From positions 896,001 to 960,000 of the forward strand of contig CAWFGE010000012.1 of the NCBI GenBank assembly GCA_963815195.1: a stretch of 64,000 bases of DNA, written 5' to 3'. The stretch comes from an uncultured Planctomycetaceae bacterium. Its GTDB lineage: Bacteria; Planctomycetota; Planctomycetia; Planctomycetales; Planctomycetaceae. A model generated the notes under the pieces. It saw only the letters and a program-made list of their open reading frames with translations, was not told the DNA's origin and ran no database searches. This document shows, piece after piece, positions 10,403 to 20,175 of the stretch. The position numbers and the translations under genes are program-made. Positions within the stretch are counted from its first letter, which is position 1; the number at the start of each line of letters is the position of its first letter.

Positions 10403-11674
10403 CTATGCAAACAACAATTCGTAAGGATCCGCCGCGTCCGCCTGGCTCAGCGGAAGGGTTGTGAACACGCCGGGATGGCCGGGTTGGAGGGTGCCGAGTT
10501 TTGTCTCGGCTCCGAAGAGGGCCACCGCTCCGTTTCGCGTGGCCCAGGTGAGCCATTGGGCGGGCGGCGTTTGCGGGTGTTGTCTGCGGAGGAATTTGAC
10601 TTCTTCCCAAAGATTCAGATCGGGATTCGAGGCCCGGCTGTCCGTGCCCAGCGCGACCCGCACGCCCGCTTCGATAAGTTTCGGCCACGGATGATTCCGA
10701 TGCCCGAAGTAAGCGTGCGTCCGCGGGCAGTAAACCACGCTCAAGTGGGGATGCTCCGCCAGGAAGCCAATGTCTTCGTCGCTTAGATAATTTCCATGCA
10801 CAATCAGCCCGCGGTCCACGTCGGCGAGCGGGATCAGGTAATCGAGAATCCGGGTGCGGCGGGGGATGATGTTCTCCCGCCAGGCTCCGAAGGCGGAGAG
10901 CATCTCCACCAACTCCCCGCTGCCGGCGGAGAGCAGTTCCAGTTCCGCCCGCGTTTCCGCGAGGTGCATCGCCATGGGGGCTTTGTGGTCCCGGCAGAGT
11001 CTGACCAATTGACGAAACAACTCCGGATGCACGCTGTAGGGCGCATGCGGACTCAATCCGCGAATGAGCGCGGGCGCTTCGTTGGCCGAAGCTTCCTGCA
11101 AATGCTGCTTCGCGATGCCAAGTTGTTCCTCGATCCGCTCCGGCAACAACGCCAACAACTCGCGAAACACAACGACGCGAGCCGAGGGCGGGGAGTTTTT
11201 AAGAAACACCCGCGGCGACCAGCCTTCGGTGGCGATTTCGCCGACGGCCCGCGTGCCGGTGCTCACGGTTTCCGCGTAACCTTGCGAGATGATTTTCTCC
11301 ACGGACGCCGCCCGCGACCGCCGATGCGCCACGAGCGCCCGAATCCAATCCGCAAAGGATTCCGCCGTATCCAAAGGCGCGGCGAGATCGCTGAACTCCC
11401 AGTGCGTATGGGCGTTCACCAGTCCCGGTAGAATGGCGACATTCCCCAAATCCACCGCCCGTGGCTCGGCTTTGTCATGAACCGCCGAGATCACCCCATC
11501 CTCGATTTCCACCACGCCGTTTTCCACCGGCGAAGACGAAACGGGAAAAACCCACCGGGCACGATAGCGTTCGGTCGTCACATCCTGGCTCCGCGTCTGG
11601 GCCGAGATTGTTTTGAGTTTTCCAACACGGTCGTCATCGAAGGACGCGCGATGGGAACCCAATGATCGTAACAT
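10403..11674 (-). CDS. Metal-dependent amidohydrolase (nucleoside deaminase-like)
   Basis: 'PGLVNAHTH', 'SPHAPYS', 'HLAET', 'ALGTDS'; start uncertain. Confidence 0.9.
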   Translation of the reverse strand: MLRSLGSHRASFDDDRVGKLKTISAQTRSQDVTTERYRARWVFPVSSSPVENGVVEIEDGVISAVHDKAEPRAVDLGNVAILPGLVNAHTHWEFSDLAAPLDTAESFADWIRALVAHRRSRAASVEKIISQGYAETVSTGTRAVGEIATEGWSPRVFLKNSPPSARVVVFRELLALLPERIEEQLGIAKQHLQEASANEAPALIRGLSPHAPYSVHPELFRQLVRLCRDHKAPMAMHLAETRAELELLSAGSGELVEMLSAFGAWRENIIPRRTRILDYLIPLADVDRGLIVHGNYLSDEDIGFLAEHPHLSVVYCPRTHAYFGHRNHPWPKLIEAGVRVALGTDSRASNPDLNLWEEVKFLRRQHPQTPPAQWLTWATRNGAVALFGAETKLGTLQPGHPGVFTTLPLSQADAADPYELLFA

Positions 11675-11738
11675 ATCCCCAGCCTGGTCCGCGGAAAACG
11701 TTTCCCCATCCCCAGATTCCCCAAAATCCACGCGCCCC

Positions 11739-11910
11739 CGCCGGGTGCCACTGGCAGGTTGCTGCCAGTGTTTTCCTCAGATCACATTCCAGTTTGATGG
11801 GAGCTTTCGTCAGCCTACTCCGTAAAAGCACTGGCAACAAGTTGCCAGTGGCACCCGAAAGATTTCTTATTGAGAGGACAACGAATTAAACTAACAGTCC
11901 CACCCCGCCG
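11739..11910 (+). repeat. 172-bp REPIN-like element, copy 1
   Basis: Two inverted REPs (GGGTGCCACTGGCAGGTTGCTGCCAGTG / CACTGGCAACAAGTTGCCAGTGGCACCC) plus a tail ending CTAACAGTCCCACCCCGCCG; CGCCG at both ends. Confidence 0.95.
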
Positions 11911-11960
11911 TTCCAATATTTTTACCCTACGCCCTACGGTATGCCACCCCGCTGCTGCAC

Positions 11961-12584
11961 TCACATTATGACGTTGCCCAAGCTGGACAGTGCTTCTCGA
12001 AGTTCATCCTCAGCACAATTAAACTGCTTTGCGAGGGTTGGTGCATAATCAACTATCGCCGAAGTTATGTTAGGTTGATTCGGTAAGTCCGTTGCCCAAA
12101 CCGAAATCCGTCCCGGCCATTCAATCGCCTCAATCTCATTCCGCCGTTCGTGGGGATTTAGGATCGTGAAGCACGGCCATTTGGGTAGCTTGATGGAACT
12201 AATATCACAATCCATGAACCGGCAGCCATCAAGCACAGCTTCGGAAAAATCGCAGTCCGCGATGCTACCGTTCTCGCAATTGACACCATAATCTGGCCAA
12301 TGTCCGAACTCGTGTCCAACGTAATGGCCTGTGAAAGTGCAGCCACTAATTGCTGCCGCTAACCAAGAAAAATTGGCAAGCTTCTTCTTAACTTCAATTT
12401 GGCAGTCGATTATTTGTACGTTATTCACAATGTGCAGCAACCTTGCCGTGGTTCGCAGGATTAGTCGGCAGTGTCTCAGCGTAAGGTCAGAACCCAAGTA
12501 GTTGTTGTCGTTGTCTGTTAGGATAAGCTCTGTCTCTTCGAGAGTCTGGTTCTCGATGATACGACTTTCAGCATAATCTGGCAT
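11961..12584 (-). CDS. Hypothetical protein with pentapeptide-like beta repeats; candidate orphan immunity protein
   Basis: 207 aa, RBS GGAGAAGGA, lower GC, 'DCDFSEAVLDGCRFMDCD', 'PKWPCFTIL'. The immunity role is inference. Confidence 0.75.
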   Translation of the reverse strand: MPDYAESRIIENQTLEETELILTDNDNNYLGSDLTLRHCRLILRTTARLLHIVNNVQIIDCQIEVKKKLANFSWLAAAISGCTFTGHYVGHEFGHWPDYGVNCENGSIADCDFSEAVLDGCRFMDCDISSIKLPKWPCFTILNPHERRNEIEAIEWPGRISVWATDLPNQPNITSAIVDYAPTLAKQFNCAEDELREALSSLGNVIM

Positions 12585-12692
12585 GTCCTTCTCCCGAGTG
12601 TGATGTTAAATCAAAATTCGATCATGCGGAACAAAACATCGGCCATCCGTCGGGCATGAAGATCCAAGTTGAACCGAGTAAGTGTAGTAAGT

Positions 12693-13337
12693 GTAGGGCC
12701 GGCTGTGCCGGCCTTTTGCCTTTTGTTTACTCGCCGGCGGTTTCTTCAATGTCGGAGAAATCCAGCACGCCGTATTTCTCCCAACAGGCCCAATGGTCGG
12801 GATATACACCCTTCTTAACCCAGCGGTGAAAACTGGACCACGGCCATTCGCGGGGGCATCGCACGTAACCGTGTTTCACCGGATTGTAATTTATGTAATC
12901 GAAATGCCGCTCGAAATCGTCCTCCGTCTCCAACGTATGCTCCCAAAACTTTGGTTGCCACACCCCGCGTCGGCCGTCCCGTTTGCGGCCCTCGGTTTGT
13001 CGTTGTTCGCAGCCTCCGAGCGCCAGCCAGTTTTTTGTAAATTCCTTCTTGATCCAACCCCACCGTGTGGAGTAGGCCTTATCGCCGGGCGGCAGCGACC
13101 AGATGGCGTGCAGATGGTCGTGAAGCAGCACAAGTGCGTTGATCGTGAACGGCCATTTCATCCGGCAGCGGCGAATGATGCTGCCGAGCATGGGCCGCGC
13201 CGGGATGCCCGTCAAAAAGCGTGCCCGACGGTCGGAGACGACCGTGAAAAAGAATGAGCCTCCGGGAACATGGGCGCGTCGCCAGTTGGGCATGATCGTC
13301 GTTCTCCTCATCGAAAGGCCGGCACAGCCGGCCCTAC
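12693..13337. mobile_element. RAYT gene bracketed by perfectly inverted 21-bp GTAG-type REPs (REPtron-like)
   Basis: GTAGGGCCGGCTGTGCCGGCC at 12693-12713 and its reverse complement at 13317-13337. Confidence 0.9.
12727..13293 (-). CDS. rayT: REP-associated tyrosine transposase (RAYT/TnpA-REP, Y1 HUH family)
   Basis: MPNWRR..PGGSFFFTVV, HUH 'DHLH', 'VWQPKFWEH', catalytic 'DYINYNPVKHG', 'WPWSSF'. Confidence 0.95.
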   Translation of the reverse strand: MPNWRRAHVPGGSFFFTVVSDRRARFLTGIPARPMLGSIIRRCRMKWPFTINALVLLHDHLHAIWSLPPGDKAYSTRWGWIKKEFTKNWLALGGCEQRQTEGRKRDGRRGVWQPKFWEHTLETEDDFERHFDYINYNPVKHGYVRCPREWPWSSFHRWVKKGVYPDHWACWEKYGVLDFSDIEETAGE

Positions 13338-13391
13338 GTGGCTAACAGTGCCACCCCGCCGCGGCGGGCCCTACTTCCCTTAGACCGGTTT

Positions 13392-13940
13392 CTACGTGAG
13401 TGGAGCGATTGGCGGAAATGGGTGAAATCCCGGTTCGCTGAATCTGATGTTATCCTCTTTTTGGAGCAGATCTAGGACAGTCGGGGATGCGATGACAACC
13501 GTAGTGTCGTTATCAATGTACGAAGCGAAAAAGCGATCCTCGATTCCTTCGTTTTGCAGCTCGGAGTTCAACGCTCCTAATGTCCGATTCGTGGTCGTGA
13601 GCCAAAAACTGGCGTGACTATCCTCGGGCATTCGCCAAAGCATGAAGCGATCCCCATTTATGAACAGGTCAGCGCGTTTGCCTTGTACGAACGGCATTTC
13701 CAATTGGTGGATCGTTAATCCTAATTGCTCCAATGATGGCTCTACGGAGCGAATGAAGCCGATCGGCCCCCTCTCGGCTATATCTTCTGCGTCTAAGTCG
13801 AAAACGCGGTTCGTACCCTGTTGCAGTATGTAGTTCGACTCGACACATTGCTGGCGCACTTTGTCGGCCATCTCGGTTGAGCAGAGATTGTAAAATCCCA
13901 GGTAATCCAAGGCGTCGACAAGTTTTTGTATATCAGTCAT
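13392..13940 (-). CDS. Hypothetical acidic protein, lower GC; candidate orphan immunity protein
   Basis: 182-aa ORF starting 6 nt after the stop of a short upstream stub. Confidence 0.7.
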   Translation of the reverse strand: MTDIQKLVDALDYLGFYNLCSTEMADKVRQQCVESNYILQQGTNRVFDLDAEDIAERGPIGFIRSVEPSLEQLGLTIHQLEMPFVQGKRADLFINGDRFMLWRMPEDSHASFWLTTTNRTLGALNSELQNEGIEDRFFASYIDNDTTVVIASPTVLDLLQKEDNIRFSEPGFHPFPPIAPLT

Positions 13941-13984
13941 TTTGTATTACGCAATCGCAGTGCCATTTGGAACGAAATTGAAGG

Positions 13985-14156
13985 CGCCGGGTGCCACTGG
14001 CAGCTTGCTGCCAGTGTTTTCCTCAGATCACATTCCAGTTTGATGGGAGCTTTCGTCAGCCTACTCCGTAAAAGCACTGGCAACAAGTTGCCAGTGGCAC
14101 CCGAAAGATTTCTTATTGAGAGGACAACGAATTAAACTAACAGTGCCACCCCGCCG
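13985..14156 (+). repeat. 172-bp REPIN-like element, copy 2
   Basis: Near-identical to copy 1, same orientation. Confidence 0.95.
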
Positions 14157-14265
14157 CGACCCAAGGTTGCAAGCAACCTGCGCCACCCTGCGAATAGGTT
14201 AAATCGGAACATGGCATTTTCCAAAATTAAGGTTGCAGCCGTGGGGATACATGCTGGTTTCGGGA

Positions 14266-14883
14266 TCACCGTTTAACCACCAACTTGTCAGCCGATTCAG
14301 AGACCGGCCCGCCGGGATACCAAATCTTGGATTTGACGTGGTTCATCTTGTAAATCCGAGTTAGCGGCGTATGCCATTCTTCGGCGACTTCAGGGGTGTC
14401 GATCTCCCCAATTGTCGGCGACCGGAGCAATTCAGCGACGGGCTGTTCCGGCAGAACGGCCTTGCCGTCGAATCGGTTCTCGATCACCGAAGCGGCTTTC
14501 CGGAGAGCGATTCGCTCCCTCAATTTGGATCGTTGCGCGACCCCTTCAGGCGATGCCGTGTAATCGCCACTTTGGACGATGTTCAAGAAATTCACGCAAA
14601 GGGCAACCGACAAAACAACCATGCCCCAACGGACCACGCGAAACAACTTCTCCGAGCGGCAGAACAACCCCACGATCAGGATGGCTAGCGTGGGGATGAT
14701 CCATTCCGCCTTTGGTGTCCCATTGGCGTTCAGAACCAATGTGCAAAGCACGCCGACGACGATCATTGGGACAATGGCATTGATGATCTCGCCGGCTCTC
14801 CGCCCCTTCCCGAATCGGAAGGCGACGAACAGCATCGCCAACACCGATGATCCCGCCAACAAGATGAGATGCAACAAAATCAT
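14266..14883 (-). CDS. Hypothetical membrane protein (about 4 TM helices plus a soluble C-terminal domain)
   Basis: 205 aa, RBS GGAGG, hydrophobic N-terminal half. Confidence 0.75.
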   Translation of the reverse strand: MILLHLILLAGSSVLAMLFVAFRFGKGRRAGEIINAIVPMIVVGVLCTLVLNANGTPKAEWIIPTLAILIVGLFCRSEKLFRVVRWGMVVLSVALCVNFLNIVQSGDYTASPEGVAQRSKLRERIALRKAASVIENRFDGKAVLPEQPVAELLRSPTIGEIDTPEVAEEWHTPLTRIYKMNHVKSKIWYPGGPVSESADKLVVKR

Positions 14884-15026
14884 GGTATCCGGAACCTCCG
14901 ATCATCGGTAAACGCCGAAACCCCAGGTCGTGCCCGGAATCCCGATCACAAATCTGACTGCTCCATAACAATCGGCCCCGTCGAGCCGGGCTTCCACTGC
15001 GTCGGCGATCTCTTTGGAGAAGCAAC

Positions 15027-15198
15027 CGCCGGGTGCCACTGGCAGCTTGCTGCCAGTGTTTTCCTCAGATCACATTCCAGTTTGATGGGAGCTTTCGTCA
15101 GCCTACTCCGTAAAAGCACTGGCAACAAGTTGCCAGTGGCACCCGAAAGATTTCTTATTGAGAGGACAACGAATTAAACTAACAGTGCCACCCCGCCG
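15027..15198 (+). repeat. 172-bp REPIN-like element, copy 3
   Basis: Appears identical to copy 2. Confidence 0.95.
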
Positions 15199-15281
15199 CC
15201 ACCGCGGATTTCACCCCGTCCATCCAGCCCGAACTCCCTGGAAACAAGCGAGTTCCCAGCGAAAACGGGGAGCGGCCCCGG

Positions 15282-16042
15282 TTACGTTTCCGTCCCGGAA
15301 TCGCCTTCGCTTTCCACGCCGGGCGGCTCGATCCGGCCGCGGCGCTGCAACCAGCGGGCCATCAGCCAGCAACCGATCGCCCACACGGTCCCCGCGGTCC
15401 AGCCGGCGAGCACGTCCGTCGGCCAGTGCACGCCGAGATACACCCGGCTGACGCCGACCGCGATCGTCAAGAAAATCCCAACCGCCACCAGATAAACCTT
15501 CACCCGCCGCGACTTGTGCGCCGGGCCAAAACGGCCGCGAGCGTAAGGTAAGTGATCGCCGACATCATGGAATGCCCGCTGGGAAAACTGCTTGTGTAAA
15601 CATAGGAGCCGTGGGGCACGAGATCGGGCCGGGGCCGGCTGAAGCCGTACTTCAATATCGACCCCACGAGAATCCCGCCTCCGACCGTAACCGCCAGAAA
15701 CAGCGCCATATGCCCTTTTCGCTCCAAAAGCAGATAACCCACGAGCGCGGCCGTGAGTAGCGTGAGCACCGTCATTCCGCCCAGGGCCGTGAAATCCCGG
15801 CCCATTTCCTCGACCCACCGCGGCCCGATGGGGTCTTTCCGGTCGTGCGGATTTCGGAGCGCCAACAGGATCCTTTCATCCACCGTTTGCGTGTCCTTCT
15901 CGGAGACTTCGTCGGCGAGCGCCGCGAACCCCCACAGCCCGGCCGCGATCACCGCCAGCCCCAACAGCAAGGCCAATTCCTCGCGGAGCAGCCCCCGAAA
16001 AAACGGCTTCCACACCGCGATTCGCTCGCGAATCCATTGCAT
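15282..16042 (-). CDS. PAP2-family membrane phosphatase, frameshift near 15525
   Basis: K..FSRPRP and SFPSGHS in one frame; SRVYLGVHWPTDV in the next. Confidence 0.9.
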
Positions 16043-16086
16043 GTCGTCATCGCATTCTTCTAACGCGAAATCACAAACCGCCGGCT

Positions 16087-17529
16087 TCAGGCAAGGATGT
16101 CTTTCACGACGTTCCCCGCCACATCGGTCAGGCGTTCGTCCCGGCCGTTGTGGAAGAACGTCAGCCATTTGTGGTTGAGGCCCAACAGGTGCAAAATCGT
16201 CGCGTGCAGATCGTGGATGTGCACCGGGTTTTCCGCGGCTCTTAAACCAATGGCATCCGTGGCTCCATAGGCTATCCCGCCTTTGACGCCGCCGCCCGCC
16301 ATCCAGACCGTGTAACCCCAGGGGTTGTGATCGCGTCCCGTGCCCTGCTCGCTCATGGGCATCCGCCCGAACTCGCCGCCCCAGATCACCAGCGTGTCTT
16401 TTAAGAGCCCGCGGTCTTTGAGATCTTGAAGCAGCCCCGCCACGGGTTTGTCGGTGCGCCGGCAAAAGGTGCCGTGGTTGTCGAGCACGCTTTTATGGGC
16501 GTCCCAGCCGTTGGTGTCGCCGGAATACACCTGCACGAACCGCACGTCGCGTTCGATCATCCGCCGGGCGAGCAAACACCTGACGCCGAATTCGTGCGTA
16601 TCCTTCTCGCCGATGCCGTAGAGCTTTTGCGTCTCGCGGGATTCCCGGCCGAGATCGACCAGTTCCGGGGCGGCGGACTGCATGCGATAAGCGAGTTCGT
16701 AGGCATTCACGCGGGCGGCCAGTTCGCCGTCGAAATCCCGTTGGGCCAGATGCTCGGCATTGAATTGGCGCACCAAATCTAACGTCGCCTGCTGCTGGGC
16801 CGGTCCGACGCCGGGCTGCGGTTTGAGGTTCAGGATCGGATTTTCGCCGGCGCGCATCGTCGTGCCCTGATAAGTCGCCGGGAGAAACCCGCTGCCCCAC
16901 GCGGGCGGTCCGCCTTTGACGCCGCCGCCCGGATCGGGCAAGACCACGAAGGCGGGCATGTTGCGGTTCTCCGTCCCGAGGCCGTAGCTGACCCAACTGC
17001 CCAGGCTGGGTTTCCCCATCAGGATGCTGCCGGTATTCATTTGATAGACCGACTGCGGATGGTTCACGCTGTCGCCGTGGCAGCTTTTCAGCACGCACAA
17101 GTCGTCCGCGCACTTCGCCAGATGCGGCAGAAAATCGCTGAGTTCCAGGCCCGACTCGCCGTGCTGGCGAAAAGGCTTCACCGGGGCCATCAACGGATTC
17201 TTCGCCACCTTCCGACGGGTCATCACTTGGCCGAAGCTCTCCGGCAGCGGTTGCCCGGCGTATTTGATGAGGTCCGGCTTCTTATCGAACAGATCCATAT
17301 GGCTCGGGCCGCCGTGCATAAAGAGATAAATCACCCGCTTGGCCCGCGCGGGGAAATGCGGCGCTTTCGCGGCGAGGGGATCGTCGGCCGGCTTTTCCGC
17401 CGCCAAACCTTCACCGGCCAACAGCGAAGCCAACGCGATCGCTCCCAGACCGCCGCCCGCATTCAGCAAAAAATCCCGGCGGTTCGGAGTCGCAGATTTT
17501 TGACGAGGAGGCGTGATCGGAAACCGCAT
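16087..17529 (-). CDS. DUF1501 (sulfatase-like) protein with Tat signal
   Basis: NRRDFL, 'FMHGGPSHMDLFD', 'GEFGRMP', 'GRDHNP'. Confidence 0.92.
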   Translation of the reverse strand: MRFPITPPRQKSATPNRRDFLLNAGGGLGAIALASLLAGEGLAAEKPADDPLAAKAPHFPARAKRVIYLFMHGGPSHMDLFDKKPDLIKYAGQPLPESFGQVMTRRKVAKNPLMAPVKPFRQHGESGLELSDFLPHLAKCADDLCVLKSCHGDSVNHPQSVYQMNTGSILMGKPSLGSWVSYGLGTENRNMPAFVVLPDPGGGVKGGPPAWGSGFLPATYQGTTMRAGENPILNLKPQPGVGPAQQQATLDLVRQFNAEHLAQRDFDGELAARVNAYELAYRMQSAAPELVDLGRESRETQKLYGIGEKDTHEFGVRCLLARRMIERDVRFVQVYSGDTNGWDAHKSVLDNHGTFCRRTDKPVAGLLQDLKDRGLLKDTLVIWGGEFGRMPMSEQGTGRDHNPWGYTVWMAGGGVKGGIAYGATDAIGLRAAENPVHIHDLHATILHLLGLNHKWLTFFHNGRDERLTDVAGNVVKDILA

Positions 17530-17717
17530 GGCCGATTCTCCCGGCGGGAATAAAAATGGATCGAGGACCTTCCTCAATTATGAGGAAAGAATCCGCCGCT
17601 GAAAAGCCGCATCGAGAGGCTTCCGCGGATTCTCGCCGCCTGGGATTGCGATTTTTCGCTGCGATTGACATAACTGGTGACGAACCAAACGAACCTTCAA
17701 ACACACGAAAAGGAACA

Positions 17718-18080
17718 ATGATGCCGAAGTTGACGGTCGAAGGCGTGGGCGAGTTTGAGGTGCCGGCCGATAAACGGCTAGTGCTGGCTTTGGAGCAAGA
17801 TGCGGGCGTGGATCAGCTCCACGCCTGCGGCGGGAATGCCCGCTGCACCACCTGCCGGGTCGAGTTTCTCGCCGGCGAACCGGACAAAATGACCAAAGCC
17901 GAAAGAGACCTGCTCGCGGCCCGGGGCCTCACCGGCGTGCGGTTGAGCTGCCAGATTCTCTGCGGCCACGACATGAGCGTGAAGTGCATCAGCCGGTTGG
18001 AAGGCAGCGGCCGCGCCGACGCCGGCTCTCCCGTCGCCGAAGACATCCACCCCCAACCCGTTGAATGGGTGGAGAAGTAG
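17718..18080 (+). CDS. 2Fe-2S ferredoxin
   Basis: HACGGNARCTTC...RLSCQ; RBS AAGGAA. Confidence 0.92.
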   Translation: MMPKLTVEGVGEFEVPADKRLVLALEQDAGVDQLHACGGNARCTTCRVEFLAGEPDKMTKAERDLLAARGLTGVRLSCQILCGHDMSVKCISRLEGSGRADAGSPVAEDIHPQPVEWVEK

Positions 18081-18218
18081 TCTCCCGTAGCGCCGGCTTC
18101 CAGCCGCCGAGATGCATCCCCGGCGCGAAGATGCCGCCGCGACATGGAAACACCCTGCTCAACAAAGCTTGAGCAGGGCATCATTTGCCGAAGGTTGACA
18201 GGAAGTAGCACAAAACAG

Positions 18219-19178
18219 TCAGAATGCGCTCAGGCCCGTGCCTTTGGGCGCTTGAGGCGGAGCCATCTCCGCCAGCGCCGATGCGACGGCCTCGGCCACG
18301 GATCGATCGATGCCGGCCCCGTTTAAGTCGGCCGGCAGGTTTTCAAAAGCCACGGCTTCTTCGGAGAGGCCAATCGTGGACGCGATCAACTCGCTGATGC
18401 CCGCCGGGTCCTCCAGACGCAGCACATGCTGCCCCAACAGATCCCGCCAGCAATCGAGAATGCTCGGGTCGTTGTAGTAGGAAGTCAGGTTCGGCAGCAC
18501 ATAGTAAATCTCGAACTTCTCCCGGGCCTCGGCAAGGATGTCCCGGATCGGAATGTCGGCTTGCAGTTTCTCGCCGAAGACCGCTTCCACTTCCCGCCGC
18601 TTGACTTTCTTGTAGGGCATTTCGTCCCCGATAATGAACGCATAACCCTTCTTTCCGCGTTTTTCCAGGCAATCCATCGCCGTCTTGCGGGCGAGAAAAT
18701 ACAAGGCGAGCTCGTAAGACTCCGTCTTCTGCCCGCCGCCTCCGCCTTCGAGATACAAGTTCCCCAGGTCGTTCTCGATCTCGTTGCCGGACTCAAACTG
18801 CCCGATCTGTAAGGGCACCAGGTCGCAGGTCGCATCGCCAATGGCCCCGATTAAAATCGAGGGATCGTCGAGATAACCCCGCCGGAGACAAAGCCCCATC
18901 AGCGTGGGCAGGTTCTTCTGCAGGATGCGGGGCACCTGTTGCATCGAGCCGGTGACATCGAACAGCACCGCGACGGCATTACTTTGGGGATGGGCTTCGC
19001 TGTCCCGGGCTTCGCGAAGTCCGTGCTTCATCTTGGCCGGGTCCATTTTTTCATGGACGCCCGCGCGGACCCGCCGCTCGCGAATGTCCTCGTCGTAGCC
19101 GAAGGCCGACCGGTTCGCGGCCGACAGGCTCCGGGCTCTCGCGTGATAATGTTCGTCGGACCATCGGGTTCCCCCCAT
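18219..19178 (-). CDS. Standalone vWA-domain protein
   Basis: MIDAS DVTGSM, 'GAIGDA', 'EGGGGG..ESYELA', 'IIGDE'. Confidence 0.88.
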   Translation of the reverse strand: MGGTRWSDEHYHARARSLSAANRSAFGYDEDIRERRVRAGVHEKMDPAKMKHGLREARDSEAHPQSNAVAVLFDVTGSMQQVPRILQKNLPTLMGLCLRRGYLDDPSILIGAIGDATCDLVPLQIGQFESGNEIENDLGNLYLEGGGGGQKTESYELALYFLARKTAMDCLEKRGKKGYAFIIGDEMPYKKVKRREVEAVFGEKLQADIPIRDILAEAREKFEIYYVLPNLTSYYNDPSILDCWRDLLGQHVLRLEDPAGISELIASTIGLSEEAVAFENLPADLNGAGIDRSVAEAVASALAEMAPPQAPKGTGLSAF

Positions 19179-19194
19179 GATTGGCTCCTTTCTG

Positions 19195-20160
19195 TTAAGA
19201 CATGTCAAGAGGGTGAAATGCGGGAGGGCCGTAAAGCCCTTCCAGAATTGCGCCAAATTCCTGGCGGACGTTCCATGCGCTTTGCGACCGCATGGTGGGC
19301 GATTCGAGCAAACAGCCTTTCACAAACCGCTCGATCGCGGGCGGAACGTGCTCGGGCATCAAGTTCAAAACCGGATCGCCGCCGGCCAGATAGATCAGGC
19401 TTTTCGCGGCGAGGTAAATATCCACGGAAGGCGTGGCGGGATGTTTTTTCTTGCACTCCGGCGGGTACCAGTCCTTGAACCGCTCGGGAACGAGCTTGAG
19501 GGAGGTGTTCGCTTTCTCTGCGTGAATCCAGCCCACAACGAGGAGGCCGTGGTTCTCGGGGTGAAACAACAAATGCGGCGGCAGCACCGCCCCGTGAACA
19601 TAGCCCTGCTCGTGCACGAACCCCAACGCTTCCAACACGCGGTTGAACATCCAGCCCAGATGCCGGCCGTCCAAGCCGCGGTGATGCCGATCCAAAATCT
19701 GCTCCGCCGAGTAAAACCCCTCCCGCCAGGTAGAGACGTTGACGAGGCCCCGCTTGTGCGGAAACAATTCCACCGGCTGCGGGAAATACTGCCGATAAAC
19801 CTTTTCGCTGCTTTGCTTCTCGAGATGCTGGAGCAGCGAAAACTCATTCGCCATCAAGCGTTTGCCGCTCCGCACGTCGGTGATTTTGAGCACGTATTCC
19901 GCCTCTCCGCTTTTCGCGCGGTGCACCTCGCACAGATCGCCCGAGCCGATGGGCTCGATCATCTCATAGGTCCGCCGGGGCGAGACAATTTCTGATACGC
20001 TTAGGACCTCCGAATTTTTCGGCGGACCGGGATTCGGTTTCCAGAATCTCCTTCTCAAGTGCTCTTGAAACATCGCCAGCACCGTCGCCATCACCAGCAA
20101 CGTGAGAATCGTCCAGCCGGCGGCATTGGATTCCTGAAAGACATCGAGCCAGCGGTCCAT
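19195..20160 (-). CDS. Protein-kinase-fold protein with N-terminal TM helix (probable pseudokinase)
   Basis: 'IGSGDLCEVH', 'VLK', 'ANE', 'HGAVLPPHLL', 'YPPE', 'DIY'. Confidence 0.8.
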   Translation of the reverse strand: MDRWLDVFQESNAAGWTILTLLVMATVLAMFQEHLRRRFWKPNPGPPKNSEVLSVSEIVSPRRTYEMIEPIGSGDLCEVHRAKSGEAEYVLKITDVRSGKRLMANEFSLLQHLEKQSSEKVYRQYFPQPVELFPHKRGLVNVSTWREGFYSAEQILDRHHRGLDGRHLGWMFNRVLEALGFVHEQGYVHGAVLPPHLLFHPENHGLLVVGWIHAEKANTSLKLVPERFKDWYPPECKKKHPATPSVDIYLAAKSLIYLAGGDPVLNLMPEHVPPAIERFVKGCLLESPTMRSQSAWNVRQEFGAILEGLYGPPAFHPLDMS

Positions 20161-20175
20161 GTTGCCCCCTTTCCC

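Noticed and set aside
11739..15198. Classical integron/attC array (GTTAG occurs in the 20-mer)
   Set aside because: No matching RYYYAAC inverse core after the gene stops and no intI in the window; the repeats have REP-doublet structure.
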